Shown here piece by piece: positions 24,653 through 34,586 of a stretch of DNA of 41,267 bases; the first letter of the stretch is position 1, and each line of letters opens with the position of its first letter. Where the stretch lies: contig ADNK01003441.1 of the NCBI GenBank assembly GCA_000320545.1, positions 1 to 41,267 on the forward strand, read 5' to 3'. This DNA comes from Bigelowiella natans CCMP2755 (taxonomy: Eukaryota > Protista > Cercozoa). A program made the translations under genes and the position numbers. Below the pieces are notes generated by a model. That model had not been told where the DNA came from and did no database searches. It was given only the letters and a program-made list of their open reading frames with translations.

Positions 24653-25197
24653 TGTACAAAGGGCGCAAGGAAGTTGACCGTACTTCTGGGACACGATATG
24701 CATCGGGGTGAGGAAGAATCATTAAGATTTGCGCAAATACTATCGGAATCCTGCAAGATTACAGCAACCATGGCAACGTCCAAGACGTTACTACTTTCGT
24801 TGAAGGATGAGCAGGACGCACTCAAGGTAGCATTCATAATAATAGAAATTACGACATGTCCGCACGAGATACAAGAGAGTAAGACCACATTTATGCGTCT
24901 ATACTCGCTATTGTGGTTTCTTTTTCCTGGAACAAATACACGAAAATAGTACGGCCCGAATAGGCAATCCAGAAACATACGACTGATACTTAATCGTCAT
25001 CTACAGATTGCATCGTGTACCTCCAATCATCATCCTGTTCTGTGGATTGAAGAACGCAAAGACGTGAAGGTGTGGTCAGCCCCTACAACGGGGAGCACCC
25101 ACAATTTACACGATCCCGCCACGGAAATACATTTTCGCAGCACAGACCTTTAGGGTGCACACTTACAACATGCAGCCCATCCGATGTATGTTTATGA
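23552..25197 (+). CDS. Secreted protein of about 213 aa resembling the prodomain of KP-43/TagC-type S8 subtilases; no catalytic domain found
   Basis: Exons 23552-23680, 23776-23826, 23946-23991, 24091-24174, 24425-24471, 24662-24826, 25007-25069 and (tentative) 25141-25197. They give signal peptide MPSFLPVAIVLAISHCLPVHA, then SIIELRAGNVDT..RPYLINLKEDIKKSISNIIHESLEEYIPENTFVILASHPEIYEIQKLPGVAWVGDYKPGYKVSPDI..LTVLL..IASCTSNHHPVLWIEERKDVK. Confidence 0.7.
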
Positions 25198-26147
25198 AGA
25201 AACACAAATCGTAGCAAGTCAATTGCATTACATGCAATTGCTTTGTCCACAAACAAATATAGCATACAAGCAACATGAAAGCGCGCCAAAAAGAAGCAAA
25301 TAATGCACGGTTAATCTGTTGTGCTGGCACAGCGTGTGCAAAAAAACTCGATGATTGATGACAACACGTGCATGCACACCCGCCACAGCCAGACAGCTTA
25401 GCTAGCTAGCGCTAGAGCGTACCTTTGTTCTTGTAATCGTCAGCACGTACTTGCTGTGACGGTAATTAATGACGACAACATTGTCAAGCTAGCAGAGCTA
25501 GAGAGAGCTAGAGAGTGTCAGGATTGTGGAGCATGCAGGATCGTATCATGTTTGCACACACATGCGCACGCATTGAATTCTAGAATTAGGTGCTATGACT
25601 AAATGATGCACACACACCGACACGCACGTGTGCAAAATTTGCATGATACACGTTGTGCATTGCACGTGAAAAATGTGCCCCGTGTCCATTCTGGCATTGA
25701 TGCAGCCCACGTCCGCAGCACATTTGCTTGCGCTTGTTCATTGCCATGTTGCTCAGTCATGCACTTGTTCATCACGCTCTGAGCCATTCACGAGTGCATT
25801 ACATCGCTGCACCACAAGTGGCCTCTGCACCAAACGTTGTGCGTTCCACTCCCACGGTGTGCACGTCTGTGTGTGAGAGGCCATGACGGACACAGTGATG
25901 TGACTCACATGATACACATGAAATGTTGCGTTGTCTATCATAGACACATTAATGTAATATATCACATGTATGTAATGTTACGTTGTCTGTCATGGCTGCT
26001 CACAATCGCGATGACACCACGGGTGAGTGTTCGACGTTTGCACAGGACAGACAAGGAGGATTGGTGTTGTTGTGAACGTACGAATTGCGAACAACCGAAA
26101 GCGGCGAGTTCACTCACATTGCTCCGTTGGTGGTGGGGAAAAATCAC

Positions 26148-26716
26148 TTAGCTTCTTCCGGCTTTCACAAATGGCTTCAGTGTGAGCCAGCCTGACCCTG
26201 TGCACAACCCTTCGATCGCAAAAACCGGCACCAGAAATTGCACAGGTTTCCTGCACGAACCATTTTGTTTGATCTTCGTGAGACTTTTCAACTTGGCAAG
26301 TACCAGAGACTTCGTTGCTCCACATTGAGAGCGCAAGGAAGATGCTTTTGGTTTGGCAATGCAAGAACCCCACGCGACGCCACATTGAAGACCATTGGTT
26401 TCTTCTCCGACAGGGCTGACCGAGAGCCGAACACCCAAATTCCTCCTAAAATAAGCGATCCTCCTTGTCGCAGTATAGAAATCATGAAGTGAGAAGACTG
26501 GAACCAAGAACTCCACGCGTTCCTGGAATGAGACAATGAATATGGGAAGACGCAAGGACTAAAACGACGGGGAATTATCAAGAAAAATGACTTGAATCCC
26601 CGAAATCTCAAGGGCTTTTTGTGTAAGAGGAAAGAGCAGATTTCCGTGCCCCCCCCTCTCTTCATTCTCCCCTCCGGGTCACACCAGAACACAACAGTAA
26701 AGAAGGCGTTTTCCAT
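26148..26716 (-). CDS. Candidate small hypothetical protein
   Basis: Overlapping open frames 26148-26555 and 26288-26734 with a credible GT-AG junction near 26250-26300. The terminal segment is KPVQFLVPVFAIEGLCTGSGWLTLKPFVKAGRS*. The true frame is ambiguous. Confidence 0.35.
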
Positions 26717-26721
26717 ATAAG

Positions 26722-28098
26722 ATGCACTTATCACCCTCCTTCCTGCTTCTGTGCTTCGTGGTCGTCGGTGGAAAGGGCAGCTTAGGGTCTCACACGTCGA
26801 TGCTGCGTCGTGTGTCGCCCGCAGTGGCCGCTACCCCGACCGATCGCTCGTTGAGCATTCCGGTCCATGCCAGGGAAGGACTGGTGCAAAGACGGGGTAG
26901 AGCTTCGAATTTTCACAAACTTGATCATGGCGCCCTCTACATAGGGTCGGCACCGAGAAGAAGGTATGAGCCACACAAGAGATAGGTTCGATTGGAACAC
27001 ACGGTAAGATGCACACCTGTCATCAATACCCCCAACCCCTTTTCACATTCAGTTTACGAGCTGGTGCTAGATTAAGCGAGAAGGAGAAAGAGCAGGCTAC
27101 TGACATATCTAAAAAGTGTGTAAGCTCGTCACAAGACTCATTTTGTGGATTTAGATTTGAAAATACGAATGACTCGCGAGAGGGAGAGAGAACCTCATCC
27201 CCCATTTCCACATTCGACCCTACACCCTTACCTCTTCGCGTCCTAATGTTTTTTTCATTTTCGATGTTATGTAGGATGAAGAATGCCGGTTGGAATTGGC
27301 CACTAACGGAGGTCTTCGAGAGCCAGGACTGGGATGAGATTAGAAATGTCAGCGATTACTTTACAAGCGAAATGTGATCGTCATCTTCACTTAGCGGACG
27401 TATTTTTTTTAGGAGCTCGACATGTCCCCGGTGGATGCTTTCTCCCTCGTTGTCTCTGTGACAATATACTTCAAGGCGGCTGCATATGTACGAACCACGT
27501 ATCACTCTGCACACTTACTGCCTTTGAAGCCGATAATGATAGCCCGCGACTTTAATTCCACCTCTTTCTTTCGGCACAGCAGCTACACAGCAAGATTTTT
27601 TTAACCCCCCACCCCGCCGTACCCACCCCGCCGTCTCCTCCCATTACCCCCCATTTTCCAGGTTGCTGCGACCTACCTGAGTTTGCAGATAATCGACGGA
27701 CTTCCGGATGAGGACAACTGGAGCTTCGTGGCCGCCGCTTGTGCGGGATATTTCGGCATTGGGGCTTTCCGTCAGCTGCTGACCCTACGCGCCCAGTACG
27801 AGTTGAACAAGGAAATTCTAAAGCTCGATCGACCCGACGTAATCTTAGCGAGAAGAGACAGCGTTAATGATGATGATAATGATGATGATGATGGTGATGA
27901 TGATGATGATGAATAACAGCCCCCTTTTGCGTGCAAGTCGCGGTTCTTGCGCCGCCTCCGTTGCTGCTCTAATGTAGTCGTTCTTCTCTACCAACGAAGG
28001 AGGTGGTTCGGCAGGCCATGGAAGAAATCAGCGATTCTGGACGCCAGGCAAGGGTGAGCCACAGAATTAGCATTGTTCTCTTGCGAGCGAAGAGGATT

Positions 28099-28140
<42 letters not shown>

Positions 28141-28271
28141 ACCACTGCTGCTGCTCTTTACTGCTCAATGCTACTGCAGGATCGGCAGCTGGCCAAGTTT
28201 AAGACGGGGGCAAAGAACGTGGAGGTTATGCTGCTTATCTTTTCATGAGTAAATGAGAGATTCCTAAAAGC

Positions 28272-28312
<41 letters not shown>

Positions 28313-28559
28313 CAGCTCAGCGAGGTAGTGCCTGCATTTCGGGCGGATAAATTGATTAAAAGCCGTGTTCTTTGTCTCGTCATCGTCATCGTCATCATCA
28401 GTGGGACCCCGAGGGCCTTCTCCCACCCCGTAATGATGAGCCTAGGAGCTTGTTCTGGAGGGACAATGTGGAGGGGAGGAAGGACAAAGATGGTGGTGAC
28501 TCGGTGGGGGAAGGAGGAGGGCTGATTGACGGTACTACTGCTACTAATGCTGCCACTAG

Positions 28560-28595
<36 letters not shown>

Positions 28596-28888
28596 TACTG
28601 TTTGATGTGTGGGACAAATGACACATGGATAGCACAGAAGAGTCAGCTGAGGGCACGGCGATTAAGATTCTCTATGTAAAGCGGTTGGTCAGTTAGCTCT
28701 CCGATACCTTTTTCAATTTTTGAAAGTCGAAAGCTCGACATAAGACAACATTGCTTATCATAATGATCTGTATAATGCATGTTTGTATTTGGGCAAATAC
28801 TTGCTACTGTTTGTAGAGATGTCAAATAACACTGGACAACGTCAGCCTCTCTCTATATAAATATAGATATAAATAAATATATATATAT

Positions 28889-28919
<31 letters not shown>

Positions 28920-30624
28920 TTAATTATTAGTAGTTCGAGTACATACCCCTCCCCCCCCAACTCACACACACACACACACACACACAGCGAGAAAGAGAGA
29001 GGGGGGGGGGGGGGGGGGGAGAAGAGAAAAGCAGTGAACCCGAAACTATTACATCAAAAAAACGTACTATACTCGTCTCTATAAATAATCCCTCCCCATA
29101 TGAAGAAAAAAGAGGAGGAGGAGGAGGAGGATCATTCATTCGCCATCGTCGATCAATGCTATCGTTATATATATCGTATAGGTTGATAGGTTTCGCGATT
29201 TAGTCGTCACGGCGGTGAGGAAGACTGCTGAGAAGACAGCAGCATCAAACAATTCAGAAGGCCCCGCCGCTGCTATGGGGGCGCTTGCCAGGTAGGAAGT
29301 AGTGTGTAAATGGCTATTGCACGATGTTAAGGAGAAAGAGGGGCGAAGGGGAAGGGGTTGTATTTTTATGCTCTCCACTTCCATTCCTTTGCACGTGTTG
29401 CTCTGTATTCGTTCAAAATACCTACCCCCTTCCCAATTACATTTGTCAGCCTCACCGTCAGCATCATCGTCAGCATTGGCAATGTCGTTATAGTTATCAT
29501 TATCAATACTACCATCACTAATAAGCCTCCCCATCGCAATGTCAGCTTGGACACGTTGATGTCGGGCTATACAGCATCTGGCGACGACGACCTAACAGCC
29601 GAGGCACTGGGCGTGGAGGAGGAGCTCTTTGAGGCCGCGAAAAAGCTCTTTCGGAGGTATGATGACCAGTGCAACAACAGACAAAAACCGGAGCAGCAGC
29701 AGCAGCGACGTGAAGAATACGAATAAGAATAAGAAGACGACGATGAAGTTCTGTTGTCAATAAGTAGTATTGCAGCGTATTTAGCGGTTCTCCCACACAA
29801 ATAATAATACGTGAATCTGCTTCTTTTCAATCCCTGCCTGTTCTCCTTCGTATCAGATATGACGACAACGGCAACGATGTGCTGACAATAAGTGAGGTAA
29901 TTCTCCCCTATTCAGTAGGGAAAACCGAGGAGGAGGAGGAGGAGGAGGAGGAGGAGGAGGAGGAGGGGGGGGAGATGGTGATGATGAAGAAGAATTAGGA
30001 GGAGGAGAAGGCGGGGAAAAGGGAAGAAGACATGAAAAAGCTATACACATGATACAGCGGGCGCGATGTGAGCGTATTAGAGTAAAATTAAATCACTATT
30101 GTTTACATTATCAGCTCCGTGAAATGGCCCGAAAATTCGATTTGCACCTCCCAGGCGACGAGGTCGGTAACCATGAGGGGCAGCTTGTTGATTCCTTGCT
30201 TCCTTCCTCCCATTTGTCCTGCTCCTTTGTATAGAGCAGCCTCGTACTCACTGCATAATTTGCCTCACCCATGACATGAGAATATTGCACTGCGAGTTCG
30301 GTTTTCATTTCTGTATTACAACTGTCATTTATCTATCACTCATTCCTCCTCGTCGTCGGCCCCCTCCCCCCTTATTCCGTGTGGTAGGAGCTTTCACTCT
30401 TTGCTGAGGGGTGTGGTAGCAGTGACAACGGGTAGGATGATATCAATGATGACGATGATGATGATGATGATGATGATGGTTAAGAAAAAGAAGAAGAAGA
30501 AGATGGCAATGATAATATTTCGCTGAGAAGATACCGTGTATTCTGATCTAGGGGTCTAAATCGAGCTGATTTCCTCCGATTCTGGGCGGATGCCGAGAAA
30601 GCGTCAGCACTGTCCGAACAGTAG
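26722..30624 (+). CDS. Membrane protein with a signal + transit-like leader, about two central TM helices and a C-terminal EF-hand pair
   Basis: About 16 exons splice in frame from MHLSPSFLLLCFVVVGGKG.. through ELDMSPVDAFSLVVSVTIYFKAAAY | VAATYLSLQIIDGLPDEDNWSFVAAACAGYFGIGAFRQLL.. to LFEAAKKLFRR | YDDNGNDVLTISE | LREMARKF..ELSLFAEGCGSSDNGGLNRADFLRFWADAEKASALSEQ*. The loop DDNGNDVLTISE (exon 29857-29896) is a canonical 12-residue EF-hand. Confidence 0.75.
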
Positions 30625-30934
30625 GGGGATGATGCAGCTGTAACCATGATAGAGAATTTAATGTGGTTATGTTAGCGCAGCATTGCAGACGCGATTATCT
30701 GGTGCATGTGTGCATGTACTATGACACATATTTACGACAGCTTTGGGATTAAAACCTGAATGCGTATTGTCCATAGTCAAAGTATGGGCATGATAGGATG
30801 CACTGTGATAGAATATAGATAGAATCAGACACAGCGTACCGTATAGCGATACCTACATAGCATGTACATTGCATGCATGACTAACAATGGCCATGTGTGT
30901 GTGCATTGCGCGGATATAGAGCTATAGCAAAGAT

Positions 30935-30972
<38 letters not shown>

Positions 30973-30999
30973 ACATCGAGCATGGTACACACATCGTGG

Positions 31000-31074
31000 T
31001 GAGACGGATGAAATGAGCAATTAAACTTTATAATTCAATGGTCACCCTGATCGATGTAGCTGTGCAAAGCAGCG
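31000..31074 (+). repeat. Dispersed intergenic repeat, copy B
   Basis: tgagacggatgaaatgagcaattaaac..ttcaatggtcaccctgatcgatgtagctgtgcaaagcagcg aligns by eye with 17748-17815. Confidence 0.8.
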
Positions 31075-31448
31075 CTAAAGATCTTATGTTTGCGCATACA
31101 TTGATGTGGCTGTAAGTCTACATCCTGCAAGCTAGCTGGATTGTGCATCGCAGAGGTATTTTTGGATAACTAAGCACGCTCACAAGCAGGTTGGCCACGA
31201 GCTAGCTAGGTAACATGCGCTAGTTGCACGCATGTCGTTTACGTGTGCACGTCCATTCAATTTACATTGTTACACTCATGACTTTCTGTTCTTTCCCTGC
31301 CGTGCATGTCTACGGCACTCACTCACTCACTCACTCACTCACACGCACGCGCACACACACACACACACGCACGCACACGCAAACAAACAGCCACGACATA
31401 GATACACATCCAGATAGCTGCAAGCCCCTCCCCCCTCCATTTCAAATC

Positions 31449-33910
31449 TCAACCAGCAGGAGCAGCGACGACGTACCAGCCGTCGTCGTCCATGCATCCG
31501 GCGTGCGACACGTAATCGCTGGGGTAGTCCTGGAGAAGAAGGTGGCGGAGGACCTCCGCCGTGTCGCGATCAACTTGCGCCTTAACAGGGTCTTCGGGCT
31601 GATGCCCCGGAGTGATGAACTTGTTTATCAGCGTATCGAGCGCTGCTATTGCCTTGTCAATGTCCACGGCGACGTGCTTGCTACTCAATGTGGCGGCTTC
31701 GTGGATGCCGTAGGCTAAAAGCCCGAATACGTGGTACCACTCACCCCACTTGTCCCCCCCCCCGTCGTTGCGGAGGGGGAGCATGGCTGCATTGAGCGCG
31801 GGGGCGACGCTCTTCATCCAGTAGCTCTCCTTGGCGCGGAGCCACGCCGGGGCATAGTCAACGCCTGTTCAATAATTGTGGGTGATGATCTTGATGAAGA
31901 TTAGAATGGTGATGACACTGATGAATGGTGAGACGCCACGTGATGATCACGATCTACAACACGATTGAGATGCAGTGATCCTAGGTTGTACATGCACATG
32001 CACATGCACATGCCCAGGCCCCCGGCCATATGTGTACATAAATATATAAATATATACATAAACATATCTGAATATGTGTATATACCATGCTTATCCGTGT
32101 ATGTCGATCGACGGCCTAGAGCACGTAGCACGTTATGGCACATCAGCGCAGCGCAGAAGACATCCCCGGAGGCATCTGCAGTGTCGTTGCATATCGACGC
32201 CGCAGTCCGGAATAAGAACCCAGGGCTGACGTATCTTCTCTCCTGCTCTCCGATGAGCGTCTCCGCGATCGTCCTCGCCAACGCCTCGCCCTTCGCTTCA
32301 TACGCCACGGAGAACCGCTCGTACGCCGGTTGCTGTACTGTCTTATTCAGCATTGGCTCACGCTCACCAGCATATACAGACAGGTAGACCAGCACGCCGT
32401 CGGTGTTCGTCAGGTCATTTATTGCTCTGATCGCGGTCAAATCGGCCGTGTCACGGTACCCCGCTGGCGAGAGGCAAGCTGCAAAGGCTGTGGTATTGAG
32501 CTGGCGTTGGGGTGCGGCCTGAACGTGGTAGTAGAAGCCGGGAGGAGAAGCAGCGAAAGCAGCCATGAGGCAGCTGACCACGCCAGCATAGAGGAGGGGG
32601 CGAGGGATGGTATTTCCCTCTTGTTTGGTTGCCGTCTCCCGAGCCCCTGCAGCAGTAGCATTGGCGGTGTCGTTTGTTTTCTGCGAGGGGGGGGCTGCGC
32701 TCCGGCCTTTTGCCGCTTTCCTATCAATTGACGAAGGCGTTTCGGGCTTGTATGCAGTGAAGTCAATGTCGGCGCTACTTGAACTTGGGGGTCTGATCAA
32801 GATTGACTGTCGCTTCTTTATCGCGAGGACGCTGGAGCGTCGTGCTTTTGAAATCCGCTGCTGCTGCTGCTGTTGCTGCGGCTTCTTCGCGCTGGGGGGA
32901 ACCGTAGCTGTTACAGCCTCCTCTGCACTCGCTTTGGAAATAGCTTTCTCACGCGTGTACATTTCATCGAGCGGCTCTGGGACGGAGAAGGCCTCCTCGA
33001 GAGTGTAAATCTCGTCCAGATCCGGGAGAGCGTCGATCTTATGCTGGTCTTCTTGATGCGTGGCAATGATTGTATCCATGGCCGCTACGACACCTTTGAA
33101 CTCCGACTCCCCTCCCTCGCTTTTTTTCTCCTTCACCTTGCCGTATTGACGATCGAGGAGCTCCGCCCATTCTTCCAACTCTCTATCTTTTAGGTATTCC
33201 TTCATGCCTTCGATGCTTAGAAGCCCTCTGCTGTCGGTAAACTTGCTCAGTAGATCCATATGAACTGAGCGGAAGAAGTTGAACGTGACATCATACTGGA
33301 GGTCAAGCATTCCAGATCGGTAACTAGCTAGCTCTACAGCGTCCCATCTGGATGGAGTGTGTACCTACATGTTGCAGTGTAATTTTAAGGGGGGGGGGGG
33401 GGGGTCGGCGATCGATTCATGTTAGAAGTATTCGTAGTCTGCAATAATCTCACCTTTGGATCTGCACCAGCTTTCAAGAGTCCATTTATGGCCGCGGATG
33501 AACCAAACAGACACGCGATGTGCAGTGGCGTGTACCCAACTTCCTCCTCTTTCTCTTCTTCCAGATGCTTCGGCCATTGTAAGTTCAGGAGGGCTCTGAC
33601 GGCCTTGATCTTCCCTGTCGTCTTGATGGAGACGTGGCTGGCAAGACCTTGGCGCAAAGACTTTGAAGAAAACACCCAATCACTGCCCGGCATCGTAGGA
33701 ATGAGATGGCATGGATGAAATCCCTGAGAACACAAGCATTCAACGATCGTTGGGCAATGTCGCACCTTCAGGCTCCCTAATACGCATTATTAAGCACTCT
33801 ACTGCCTGGATCACCTGAAACCACGCATCTCCCTCCAGCGCATCCTTGACCAAGCTGCTCTTCTGGTCCGATACAGCCTTGCGAAGCTCCTCCAAGCCCT
33901 TCGTGTCCAT
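31449..33910 (-). CDS. Ankyrin-repeat + single-TM protein with a C-terminal domain of unknown function
   Basis: Exons: MDTKGLEELRKAVSDQKSSLVKDALEGDAWFQ (from 33910); an ankyrin exon VGYTPLHIACLFGSSAAINGLLKAGADPK; a large exon 32086-33295 with TM PLLYAGVVSCLMAAFAA; and the last exon 31449-31864 (GVDYAPAWLRAKESYW..GDKWGEWYHVFGLLAYG..). Confidence 0.8.
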
Positions 33911-34586
33911 TATCGTCGAGGAAGAAAAAAGATACGATTGGGAGATGAGCGATCTTTCGAGCCGAACTCGACCTCGGGAGAGTGTCGAGAGAGGTCGCAG
34001 CCAAGCGCGAGCAGCGGAGAATTTCGACTTTTTTCCTGCAAGATTTCGCCTGAAATAGCCATCGGAATTTGGGAAATTCCCCGAGACCGAAGAGCTCGAA
34101 CTTCTTAATGGGCAGGATGTTTTCAGGCGACTTCGCCGGAGTGCGCGGCGATCGGTGAATTTCCCATGTTTCTGTCGAATGTCGCGAAACGCCCTGGGTT
34201 TTCGAGCAGTTTAGTGTTCGGAAGTGGGAGGGCAGTACTCGAAAGATGTACTCCTGTAGCCTCCCTTCCGGTGGGAGAACATATCTTCGAAAAACGTGTA
34301 AGCACCGCGAGCTCCATTCTGGAAATAAAATATTCGAAGTTTCCGGGATAAGGGACACACACGTTCGCTTTTGAGAAAACTCAGAAATCTCCATGCCAGC
34401 TTCAAAAGCTACACCGTTCATGATGGCTGTAGTTTTATATAGAAATGAGGGTAAGGTGAGATATTATCGTGCAAAATGAACGGCATTACGTATATTGTGA
34501 GCATAGATCTGGATCCGACAAAAGGGATACGATTTGAGTTGCCACATTTCCCACACATCCCACACACATCCCACCCACCCTCCATC

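Noticed and set aside
28643-29534. Short - strand ORFs with protein-like stretches
   Set aside because: They are antisense to in-frame exons of the EF-hand gene.
33777-34421. 214-aa ORF on the - strand
   Set aside because: It overlaps the ankyrin gene's first exon in another frame and runs through the ankyrin/purF divergent spacer. It has no recognisable motifs. Treated as spurious, though a 5' extension is not excluded.
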